A stretch of DNA of 13,771 bases from a virus (taxonomy: Duplodnaviria > Heunggongvirae > Uroviricota > Caudoviricetes), in the IMG/VR virus record IMGVR_UViG_2778261544_000002; one strand, 5' to 3'. Position 1 is the stretch's first letter. Each line of letters begins with the position of its first letter. Below the pieces are notes generated by a model, which was not told where the DNA came from, did not search any database, and worked only from the letters and a program-made list of their open reading frames with translations. A program made the position numbers and the translations under genes. Positions 1 through 7,409 of the stretch are shown in pieces.

Positions 1-415
1 CTGCTCTTGTTGCGGCTGACGTTGCTTCTGTCTCGCTGGCTGCTGCTTTTGTTTCGCTCGCCTTTGCGTTAGTTTCACTGGTTTTTGCAGCTTTTTGGCT
101 ATTAGCTGCCGCTGTTGCAGAACCAGCTGCAGCACTCTCGCTTTCGGCTGCTGCATCCTGACTGCTTTTCGCCGCAGTTTCGCTGGCTTTGGCATTCGTT
201 TCGCTGGTCTTCGCTGCCGTCTGGCTGGACTTTGCGTTGGTTTCGCTCGTCTTTGCGGCTGTCTCGCTGTTTTTCGCGTTGGTTTCTGATTTTTTGGCTG
301 CTGTCGCGGAGTTTGCCGATGCAGTCTGTGAGGTCGCTGCCGCCTGTGCGCTGTTAGCTGCATTCGTTTCTGAGGTTTTCGCCGCGTTCTTCGATGATGC
401 CGCTGCAGTTTCGGA
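1..415 (-). repeat. In-frame degenerate 21-bp (7-residue) repeat array inside stf
   Basis: From about residue 131 of Stf the protein reads as successive heptads: SETAAAS SKNAAKT SETNAAN ... SETNAKN SETAAKT SETNAKS SQTAAKT SETNAKA SETAAKS. On the plus strand the motif gtttcgctgg recurs at 187 and 208, and gtttcgct at 250 (21-bp period). Boundaries are approximate. Confidence 0.7.
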
Positions 416-805
416 TTTCTTTGCCGCCGCTGCGCTCTGAGAGGCGGCTTCGGCGTTGCGTGCCGCTTCTTCCACCATTTCCTCAAAACGGCGCAATGCC
501 TCCGGCATGACATCATCTTCCGTCATGGCACCGAGAAAATCATTCAGCGTACCTGGTCTGGAACCTTCATAGACGGTAATGGTCCCGGCATGTGAAGGCG
601 GAAAACCTTCAACCAGCAGGGTGACGCTGTACTGGCCATACTCAACATCCATGCTGTAACGCCCGGCTTCATCAGGATTTTCAGAGGCCACCGTGTTCAC
701 CAGTACCGTGGTGCTGTTACGCTTTGCCTTCAGTTGAATAGTGCAGTTCTGTATTGGTTTTCCCGCACCATCTTTCAGCACACCTGAGATTTTTACTGCT
801 GCCAT
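1..805 (-). CDS. stf: Side tail fiber protein Stf, N-terminal part; 3' end of the gene lies beyond the window start
   Basis: ATG at 805..803 preceded by GGAG (minus strand TTTTGTGGAGTGGATATG). Translation MAAVKISGVLKDGAGKPIQNCTIQLKAKRNSTTVLVNTVASENPDEAGRYSMDVEYGQYSV... matches my recollection of the lambda Stf (orf-401) N-terminus, followed by an Ala/Ser/Thr-rich repeat region. Reading frame stays open to position 1 as far as I checked by hand. Not in the ORF track because no stop lies in the window. Confidence 0.85.
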   Translation of the reverse strand, partial: MAAVKISGVLKDGAGKPIQNCTIQLKAKRNSTTVLVNTVASENPDEAGRYSMDVEYGQYSVTLLVEGFPPSHAGTITVYEGSRPGTLNDFLGAMTEDDVMPEALRRFEEMVEEAARNAEAASQSAAAAKKSETAAASSKNAAKTSETNAANSAQAAATSQTASANSATAAKKSETNAKNSETAAKTSETNAKSSQTAAKTSETNAKASETAAKSSQDAAAESESAAAGSATAAANSQKAAKTSETNAKASETKAAASETEATSAATRA

Positions 806-816
806 ATCCACTCCAC

Positions 817-843
817 AAAAAAGCCCGCCTGAACCGGCGGGCT
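817..843 (-). terminator. Intrinsic terminator downstream of lom
   Basis: Perfect 8-bp stem (plus 822..829 agcccgcc pairing with 836..843 ggcgggct), 6-nt loop, then a 5-U run on the minus-strand transcript (plus 817..821 A-run). Confidence 0.75.
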
Positions 844-869
844 GTCATAACACTGTGTTACCTGGCTAA

Positions 870-1469
870 TCAGAATTTATAACCGACACCCACGATGAAA
901 CCGTCAGTGCGCCAGTCACCACTGCCGGAACCTTCATAAGCAAGGTCAATGGCCACGGATTCGGTCGGGTTAAACTGCACGCCAGCTCCCCACGCCAGAG
1001 ACGTGTTGCTGTGGCGACCGTCATCACTCCCGGTCAGCACATCGTGCGTTTTCCCCTTGTTGTCAGTTACGCGGAGATAATCCCCGGAGAACGTCGAAAC
1101 ACGGCTGTAAGCCACACCCGCCATCGCATAAGCACTGAACCATTCATTCACGCGTACAGACGGCCCCGCCATCACGCTGAACCAGCGGTTACGCACTGAA
1201 TCTTCATGCCAGCGGGTATCGCTGTAATGCGTTTTTTGCTCATCTTTGGCATTGGCATAACTGAATGACGTCACCAGCCCCAGCGTGTCCGTAAATTCAT
1301 AACGGTATTTCACGTTAATGCCCTTCAGGTCATCACTGCCTGGCATATCAGTATGGGTCTGAAGATACCCGGCGCTTAGTGTGGACTGATGCTCTGCTGC
1401 GCTCGCTGGCGTACCAGCGGCGACCAGCCAGACTACTGCAGACAGAATAACAGCACATAATTTACGCAT
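870..1469 (-). CDS. lom: Lom/Ail/PagC-family outer membrane beta-barrel protein
   Basis: 199-aa ORF, ATG at 1469..1467 with GAGAGG upstream. N-terminal signal peptide MRKLCAVILSAVVWLVAAGTPASA; C-terminus AYEGSGSGDWRTDGFIVGVGYKF is identical to lambda Lom as I recall it. Position directly downstream of J matches lambda. Confidence 0.9.
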   Translation of the reverse strand: MRKLCAVILSAVVWLVAAGTPASAAEHQSTLSAGYLQTHTDMPGSDDLKGINVKYRYEFTDTLGLVTSFSYANAKDEQKTHYSDTRWHEDSVRNRWFSVMAGPSVRVNEWFSAYAMAGVAYSRVSTFSGDYLRVTDNKGKTHDVLTGSDDGRHSNTSLAWGAGVQFNPTESVAIDLAYEGSGSGDWRTDGFIVGVGYKF

Positions 1470-1493
1470 AATTACCTCTCGCTTTTCTGCAAT

Positions 1494-1517
1494 AAAAAAG
1501 GCACCATTTCTGGTGCC
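1494..1517 (-). terminator. Intrinsic terminator between J and lom
   Basis: Perfect 7-bp stem (plus 1500..1506 ggcacca pairing with 1511..1517 tggtgcc), loop GAAA on the minus strand (GNRA type), then UUUUUUAUU on the minus transcript. Lies 22 nt after the J stop. Confidence 0.75.
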
Positions 1518-1536
1518 CGTATCTGGGTTATAAAAT

Positions 1537-4500
1537 TCAGCTAATCGTGATGCCTGCAGTGGCTTTCTTCATCACCACAACCAGCAAATCGCTGATACTT
1601 GCTGTGGGATACCAGCCATTTACCAGCCATGCCGATACAGAAAATTCCAGTGTCATGACACCACTGCCTGCAGGCATATCAATAACACCCGTATATATCA
1701 GCGTATTATCCAGAGCCGTTCGGTTATAAATTTCAGCACCGTTTTTTCGTACTATCAGACGGCATGAGGAGTAGATATCAGTATGATCTTGCTCATGTTT
1801 AGCGCCACTGAATGCCACCGCCGGGATAACAATTTGCCGGTCAAACGGCTGATCGTCATAAACCCTGACGGTAATGGTTCCTGATGGCCACCGCTCCGGT
1901 GCACGGGAGTCCCGGGGGAAAGCTTTGCCCACTGTTTTAACGAGATCGCCTTCAATCTGGTTCGCAGACAGTTTTCCCAGAACCCGGCAGTTCTCGTTAA
2001 TCGTGACGTTGTTGAGCGTCCCGGAGTTCGCATTCACGTTACCGCTGATATCGGCATTTTTCGCCGTCAGCCGCCCGTCCGGTGTCAGGGAAAATGCCGG
2101 AGGATTACCGCCGCTGGTAATGGTGGGAGCCGTCAGATATTTCAGGAACACTTCATTCATGTATATCTGATCGCCCTGCCCAACAAACATCGGCTTTGTG
2201 TTGCCATTCGCAGGATTAATCATCGCAATCCTGTCTGCCGCCAGCAGCACCTGACTCTGCATGCCGTCAGGGGTGTTTTCAATACCGGCACCAATACCCG
2301 CGATATAAAGGCGTCCGTCCTGCATCTGCTGCAGCTTCACAGCCCACATGCTGTTCAGGTTATTATTTGTATCAACCTGAACCTTCTGTATCTGCTGGAT
2401 CGCTGCACTCTGGTCTTCCAGTTTCTTATTGACGGTCTGCGTGATTTCATTACTGACATCCGTGATGGACGTTCTGATTTCCGCCAGGTCAGGCGCAAGC
2501 TGACCGTTATCAATCTGCGTCCACAACTCCTGAGCCAGATGGGTTTTCCCTATCTCTCCTTTGAAAAAATCCAGATAGCCGGATGCATCATCACTCGGCT
2601 GGCCAACAGCCTCCACGAATGCCGATTTGCCAACAGTATTCACACTGCGGATATAAAAATAATAATCATGGCCCGGCTTGATATTGATACTGGCAGCTAT
2701 CCAGTACAGCGCCGTGCCAAGATAGCGGGCTGTAGTTTCAACCTGCCTGATATCCGCAATCCGCTTTTCCAAGAACCAGAACTCAAACTGTACCGTCGGA
2801 TCATAAACGGCAAGATGGGGCGTGGCGGTTATCTGAAAATAGCCCGGCGTCAGCTCAATCCGCGACGGCGCTGCCGGTGCGGCAATCCGGAACGATACCG
2901 ATGCAGGATCGCCCTGCTGCCCCCAGGCATTTGCCGCCCGGACTGTCAGCCTGTAGCTTCCCAGCGCCAGCTGCCTGAAGCGGTATGTGGTTTCCGTCGT
3001 CCGGGCCGTGCTGACCAGCCGCTCACTGCCGTCATCCGCTGCCACGGTCAGGCGAAGCATAAAGCTCACACCCTTCACCACCTTCGGCGTATCCCAGCGC
3101 GCCAGCACCTGATATTCCCCGCTGTCTGCAGTGACTTCTGCGGTCAGGTGCTGCACCGCTGGCGTCGTGACACCATTCACCGTGCCACTCTGTTCGCCGT
3201 CAAAGTACGCCCCGTTATCCACGATGGCCTCTTTTTCCGGCACATGCTGCACGGCGGTGATGGCATACGTGCCGTCGTCGTTTTCACGGATACTCACGCA
3301 GCGGAACAGTCGCTGGCGCAGCGTCGGCAGCTTCAGCCCCCATACGCTGTATTCAGCAACACCGTCAGGAACACGACTCACTTTTACCTTCACGCCGTCG
3401 GTGACGGACTGAACCTCCACGCTGACCGGATTGCCACTTCCGTCAACCAGGCTTATCAGCGTGGTACCGGAGGATGGCAGCGTGATTTCACGGTCGAGCG
3501 TCAGCGTCCGGGTCTGGCTGTTCACCGCTAGCACACGACCACCGGTGCTGATACCGGCATAGTCATCATCACAGATTTCAATAACATCGCCCGGTACATG
3601 GCGAAGCCCTTCTGCGCCGACGCTGAAATCCACGGTCTGCGTTTCCAGCAGTTCCGTTTTAATCAGCCACAGCCCGGCGCGGTGTGCCTGCCCCCGGCTG
3701 GTACAGCCAAAGGCATCCATCTTCGTGACGTTACGACCGTAACGGAGAATAGCCTGCGTATCTTCAACAAGCTCTGTCGCCGTCTCCCAGCCGTTATTCG
3801 GGTCAATCCAGTTCACCTCAACGGCATTATGGCGGTCCTTCAGGGCGCTGAAGCTGTAGCGGAACGGCGCGCCATCATCCGGCATCACCACATTACTGCG
3901 GTTATAGGTCCACACCTTATCCGATGGCCGGTCCTGCACGAACGTCAGCGTCTGCCCGTTCCATACCGGCATACAGCGCATCGCCGAGCAGAAATCACTG
4001 AGCACATCCCACGCCTTACGCTGCGTGGTCAGGTAGGCATTACAGGTGATGCGCGGCTCCGTGCCGCCAAAACCGTCCGGCACTGACTGGTCGCAGTACT
4101 GGCCGATGACATACAGCGCCCATTTATCCACATCCGCCGCACCAAGACGTTTACCCATGCCGTAGCGCGGGTGGGTCAGCATATCCCACAGACACCAGGC
4201 CGGGTTGTTGCTGTATGCCGGCTTAAACGTTCCGTCCCAGATACCGCTGTATTGCCGCGTCTGCGGGTTATAGTTCGACGGCACCTGCAGAATGCGCCCG
4301 CGCAGATGATAATTACGGCTCACCTGCTGGCTGCCGAACTGCTCCGAGTCCACCTGCACGCCGACCAGTGCCGTGTTCGGGTAGCACTGTTTCACATCGA
4401 TAATTTCGGTGTATGACGACCAGAGCGTTTTGTTCTGCAGCTGGTCTGTAGTGCTGTCCGGCGTCATCCTGCGCATCCGGATACTGAACGGGCGCGGCGG

Positions 4501-5016
4501 CAGGTTACCCACCACCACCGAGGCCAGATACTGTGAGGTGGTTTTGCCTTTAATGGTGATGTCTTTTTCCGTCACCCAGCCACCGTTACGCTGTATCTGA
4601 ACCAGCAGGCGGACTTCCGATGGATTCCTGTCCCCCTTTGAGGTAGTTTCCACCAGTGCCTGCACACCGAAGGTAAAGCGCAGACGGTCGATGTTTGCCG
4701 ACGTGATGGTGCGGGTGATCGGCGTGTCATATTTCACTTCCGTACCCAGCACAGTCTCGGAGCCGGAGGATTCAAAACCTTCCGGCGGTGTCTGCTCCTG
4801 CTCACCTGCCCGGAACACCACCGTGACGCCGGAGATGTTGGTATTCCCCTCACTGTCCAGCACCGGCGTACTGTTCAGCAGCACGCTTTTTAATCCATCC
4901 ACCGGACCTTCAACCGGCCCTTCGCTGATGGCATCGATCACACTCAGCAACTGCGTGGACTTCAGGTTGTCCTTCGCTTCGCGCGGGGTATGCCCCTTAC
5001 TGCTTCCTTTACCCAT
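1537..5016 (-). CDS. J: Tail tip / host specificity protein J (central tail fiber)
   Basis: 1159-aa ORF, ATG at 5016..5014 preceded by GAGGA. N-terminus [34 protein letters not shown]... and roughly the first 800 residues are near-identical to lambda J as I recall it; the C-terminal third is homologous but diverged and about 27 residues longer. Confidence 0.95.
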   Translation of the reverse strand: MGKGSSKGHTPREAKDNLKSTQLLSVIDAISEGPVEGPVDGLKSVLLNSTPVLDSEGNTNISGVTVVFRAGEQEQTPPEGFESSGSETVLGTEVKYDTPITRTITSANIDRLRFTFGVQALVETTSKGDRNPSEVRLLVQIQRNGGWVTEKDITIKGKTTSQYLASVVVGNLPPRPFSIRMRRMTPDSTTDQLQNKTLWSSYTEIIDVKQCYPNTALVGVQVDSEQFGSQQVSRNYHLRGRILQVPSNYNPQTRQYSGIWDGTFKPAYSNNPAWCLWDMLTHPRYGMGKRLGAADVDKWALYVIGQYCDQSVPDGFGGTEPRITCNAYLTTQRKAWDVLSDFCSAMRCMPVWNGQTLTFVQDRPSDKVWTYNRSNVVMPDDGAPFRYSFSALKDRHNAVEVNWIDPNNGWETATELVEDTQAILRYGRNVTKMDAFGCTSRGQAHRAGLWLIKTELLETQTVDFSVGAEGLRHVPGDVIEICDDDYAGISTGGRVLAVNSQTRTLTLDREITLPSSGTTLISLVDGSGNPVSVEVQSVTDGVKVKVSRVPDGVAEYSVWGLKLPTLRQRLFRCVSIRENDDGTYAITAVQHVPEKEAIVDNGAYFDGEQSGTVNGVTTPAVQHLTAEVTADSGEYQVLARWDTPKVVKGVSFMLRLTVAADDGSERLVSTARTTETTYRFRQLALGSYRLTVRAANAWGQQGDPASVSFRIAAPAAPSRIELTPGYFQITATPHLAVYDPTVQFEFWFLEKRIADIRQVETTARYLGTALYWIAASINIKPGHDYYFYIRSVNTVGKSAFVEAVGQPSDDASGYLDFFKGEIGKTHLAQELWTQIDNGQLAPDLAEIRTSITDVSNEITQTVNKKLEDQSAAIQQIQKVQVDTNNNLNSMWAVKLQQMQDGRLYIAGIGAGIENTPDGMQSQVLLAADRIAMINPANGNTKPMFVGQGDQIYMNEVFLKYLTAPTITSGGNPPAFSLTPDGRLTAKNADISGNVNANSGTLNNVTINENCRVLGKLSANQIEGDLVKTVGKAFPRDSRAPERWPSGTITVRVYDDQPFDRQIVIPAVAFSGAKHEQDHTDIYSSCRLIVRKNGAEIYNRTALDNTLIYTGVIDMPAGSGVMTLEFSVSAWLVNGWYPTASISDLLVVVMKKATAGITIS

Positions 5017-5038
5017 TCCTCACGCTCCATAAATGACA

Positions 5039-5058
5039 AAACCGCCCGCAGGCGGTTT
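5039..5058 (-). other. Intergenic stem-loop between I and J
   Basis: 8-bp stem (plus 5039..5046 aaaccgcc pairing with 5051..5058 ggcggttt) with a 4-nt loop in the 59-nt I-J spacer. On the minus transcript it is followed by UGUCAUUUAU, which is only moderately U-rich, so function as a terminator is uncertain. Confidence 0.45.
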
Positions 5059-5076
5059 CACATAAAACATTTTGCA

Positions 5077-5724
5077 TCAGCGACCAATCACCACAACCTG
5101 ACCACCGTCCCCTTCGTCTGCCGTGCTGATCTCCTGAGAAACCACACGTGATCCCACGCGCATTTCACCGTACAGAACAGGCAAAACATTGCCCTGGGCA
5201 ACCATGTTATCCAGTGACGAGAAATACGTGTTCTGCTTACCGTTATCCGTACTGGTCGCTGTGGGCGTCCGGGCTTTCGGTGCCAGCATCTGCGCCACTC
5301 CGCCCAGGATCATACTGGCCCCTGCTGCATACATACCCGATACAGCCGCGGCCCCCAGCCAGCCCACAGGGTTCCACCATGCCACCGCAATCAGCGCCGC
5401 ACCCAGCACTGCCTGAAAAACACCGCCACTTTTAGCTCCCGCCAGACGCGGCACAATGTGGATCACGGCACCATTTGCCAGCGGCTCATTAAGACGGGCA
5501 GATAATTCATTTTCGCCTGCATCACGCCCGGCAATGCGTACCTGGTACCAGCCGTCGCTCAGTTTCTGACGAAACGCCGGGATCTGCATGGCCAGCGCCC
5601 GGATGGCTTCGGCTCCCGTTTTCACACGAAGGTCGATGCGGCGGCCAAATCGTTGTAAATCCCCGTAAAGGCAGATGCGTGCCATGCCCGGTGACGCCAG
5701 AGGGAGTGTGTGCGTCGCTGCCAT
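5077..5724 (-). CDS. I: Tail assembly protein I (ubiquitin-like N-terminal domain)
   Basis: 215-aa ORF, ATG at 5724..5722. N-terminus MAATHTLPLASPGMARICLYGDLQRFGRRIDLRVKTGAEAIRAL and C-terminus VAQGNVLPVLYGEMRVGSRVVSQEISTADEGDGGQVVVIGR match lambda I as I recall it. Overlaps the 3' end of K by 103 nt in another frame, as in lambda. Confidence 0.9.
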   Translation of the reverse strand: MAATHTLPLASPGMARICLYGDLQRFGRRIDLRVKTGAEAIRALAMQIPAFRQKLSDGWYQVRIAGRDAGENELSARLNEPLANGAVIHIVPRLAGAKSGGVFQAVLGAALIAVAWWNPVGWLGAAAVSGMYAAGASMILGGVAQMLAPKARTPTATSTDNGKQNTYFSSLDNMVAQGNVLPVLYGEMRVGSRVVSQEISTADEGDGGQVVVIGR

Positions 5725-6365
5725 TTGTCTGTATACCTCTCTCGTTTGCTCAGTTGTTCAGGAATATGGTGCAACAGCTCGCCGTCGCCACAGTAAATGG
5801 CGGCATGATTCGGCACCGATGAACCAAAACAGCACAGCAGCACATCGCCCGGCTGCGCCGCTGACAACGGCACCTGATACAGCCCTGTGGCCTCCAGATT
5901 ATCCAGATAGAGATTCTGACCGTTACGCCACCAGTCATCCTCGCGGTGAAAATCCGGCATCTCAATCCCAGCCAGATGGTAAGCATCCCGGAACAGCGTG
6001 TAACAGTCTGTCACCCCGTGCTCAAAGCGCCGTCCGGTAAGATGCGGCACACAGCGGAACTTGTGAATCGCTCCCCGACAGACCAGCCACCACGGCAAAT
6101 CACTCTGCACCTGCAGCCGCCGGTCGGCTTCACTCAGCCAGGGCAGACCACCGGGATGACTGTGGACCAGCGCGACAATCTCACCCTGCATTTCTGCCTG
6201 CAGCCAGTCCTCCGGAGCCATCCGGAAATAATCCTCCGGCTCACCGGAAATATTCACGCAGGGAAAATATCTTTCCCCCTCCGGCGCTCTCACCACGAAG
6301 CCGCACGACTCCGCTGGCGCACATCGCCGGGCGTGCGCCAGAATCGCTGATTCTGTCTCTGTCAT
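5622..6365 (-). CDS. K: Tail tip assembly protein K (JAB/MPN metalloprotease-like domain plus NlpC/P60 domain)
   Basis: Start chosen at ATG 6365..6363 (MTETESAILAHARRC..., 247 aa), 4 nt after the L stop. JAMM-type motif HSHPGGLPWLSEAD (HxH-x7-S-x2-D) and an NlpC/P60-like Cys/His set (GVTDCYTLF, NHAAIY, LLHHIP) are read directly. Alternatives: internal ATG at 6221..6219 (MAPEDW..., 199 aa) with GGAGGA 10 nt upstream; the ORF-track start at 6440 overlaps L by 70 nt and is rejected. Confidence 0.75.
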   Translation of the reverse strand: MTETESAILAHARRCAPAESCGFVVRAPEGERYFPCVNISGEPEDYFRMAPEDWLQAEMQGEIVALVHSHPGGLPWLSEADRRLQVQSDLPWWLVCRGAIHKFRCVPHLTGRRFEHGVTDCYTLFRDAYHLAGIEMPDFHREDDWWRNGQNLYLDNLEATGLYQVPLSAAQPGDVLLCCFGSSVPNHAAIYCGDGELLHHIPEQLSKRERYTDKWQRRTHSLWRHRAWHASAFTGIYNDLAAASTFV

Positions 6366-6369
6366 GGGA

Positions 6370-7068
6370 TTACTGCGAAAGTTTGTTAATGGAAAGGTAG
6401 CCGCCAAAATTGCCGACGTTATTGCGGAACTTGCAACCACTCAGGCATTTGCTGCATTTATCCTTCGTGATATCGGACGTTGGCTGGTCATATTCATCCG
6501 CGACAGCCGGGCCATCATAACCGCACTCATCGCCGCGGTAGATCCAGGTGCAGGTGTTGGCCAGCATGATGCGCCCCGGAAAAACAGCGCCATCCGTTTC
6601 CGTCGGTGTGGACAGCACAAAAGAGGCACTGACCGCGCTCAGTTCGCTGCACTGTTCGATGCGCCAGCGGCTGATCACCTCCTGCTCCGGATCGGCGTCA
6701 CTGTTTCCGTTGACGAAGTTCACCGCATCCAGAAAACGGGCGTAAACCTTACGCCGGACCACCGTTCCGCCGACCAGACTCTGCAGATCTTCCGCCATCC
6801 CGGTGACCATGCCGTACAGATTAGAGACTTTAAGCGTTGGCCTTGCACTGGCTCCTTTGCCGTTCATCTCAAATCCGCTTCCCTGAATGGGATAAGCCTG
6901 ATACTGCCGCCCCTGCCAGGTGACTGGTTCACCTTTTTCGTTCTGCTCATTACAGAAGAAATAACGATCTCCGCCGACCTCTGTCAGATCAATTTCCCAG
7001 AGCACGACCAGCGCGGATTGCTCCGTTTTAGTGCACTCATTGAGTGTTTCCTGCTGTATATCCTGCAT
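6370..7068 (-). CDS. L: Tail tip assembly protein L
   Basis: 232-aa ORF, ATG at 7068..7066 sharing one base with the M stop (TGATG). Same length as lambda L; Cys-rich C-terminal region (CGYDG ... CSKCLSGC) consistent with the metal/cluster-binding region described for lambda L. Confidence 0.9.
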   Translation of the reverse strand: MQDIQQETLNECTKTEQSALVVLWEIDLTEVGGDRYFFCNEQNEKGEPVTWQGRQYQAYPIQGSGFEMNGKGASARPTLKVSNLYGMVTGMAEDLQSLVGGTVVRRKVYARFLDAVNFVNGNSDADPEQEVISRWRIEQCSELSAVSASFVLSTPTETDGAVFPGRIMLANTCTWIYRGDECGYDGPAVADEYDQPTSDITKDKCSKCLSGCKFRNNVGNFGGYLSINKLSQ

Positions 7069-7409
7069 CAGTGAGTGACCTCTTCAAAGGTACAGTTAAA
7101 ATCGGTATACATGGCATTATCCGAAATGCTCCACTCCCTGCAGACAACCCGGACAGTCCTGTTGTGTTTTGGCGGACGCCACAAAAAAGCACGAATCCCG
7201 GCATGACGGGATAAAAAACTGTCCAGCGCGGCACGGGAATATTCATCTGTGACACGAAATACCGGTTTAAACGTTTTCAGATCCGCATTCAGACCACCAG
7301 CCCGTCGCTGTTCATATCCGTCACCAAACTTTACCGTAATAACTGATGGCTTTCGTGTCGTCTCCATCCCCTCTCGGGGGATCCAGTTAAAAACTTCAGG
7401 CTCAGGCAC
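7068..7409 (-). CDS. M: Minor tail protein M
   Basis: Conserved FGDGYEQR core and an FNW...GME N-terminal segment align with lambda M as I recall it. Start most likely GTG at 7409..7407 (113 aa), with GGAGGA 7 nt upstream and overlapping the H stop; alternative ATG at 7424..7422 has no Shine-Dalgarno. The ORF-track start at 7454 is a TTG. Confidence 0.7.
   Translation of the reverse strand: MPEPEVFNWIPREGMETTRKPSVITVKFGDGYEQRRAGGLNADLKTFKPVFRVTDEYSRAALDSFLSRHAGIRAFLWRPPKHNRTVRVVCREWSISDNAMYTDFNCTFEEVTH

Noticed and set aside
95-440. Three overlapping plus-strand ORFs (64 to 83 aa) with repetitive Phe/Ala/Leu-rich translations
   Set aside because: Antisense readings of the stf heptad repeat array; the periodicity is explained by the minus-strand gene.
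1518-1560. Possible sigma-70 promoter for lom (TATAAC -10-like hexamer just after the J stop on the minus strand)
   Set aside because: No acceptable -35 element at 16 to 18 bp spacing, and transcripts starting there would run straight into the J-lom terminator.
2539-3531. 330-aa plus-strand ORF
   Set aside because: Lies entirely antisense to the conserved J gene, is Arg/His/Cys-rich as expected for the antisense frame of a GC-rich gene, and has no ribosome-binding site or recognisable family. Shadow ORF.
3598-4600. Plus-strand ORFs of 162, 81 and 63 aa
   Set aside because: All embedded antisense within J; no independent support.
5750-5986. 78-aa minus-strand ORF
   Set aside because: Alternative frame inside K. 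Similar small same-strand ORFs inside J, the tape measure gene and G are treated the same way.
5622-6440. ORF-track version of K with a 272-aa product starting at 6440
   Set aside because: That start overlaps the 3' end of L by 70 nt and has no ribosome-binding site. The ATG at 6365, just after the L stop, gives a complete JAB domain and is preferred.
6364-7074. 236-aa plus-strand ORF
   Set aside because: Exactly antisense to L, which is strongly supported by similarity and translational coupling. Shadow ORF.
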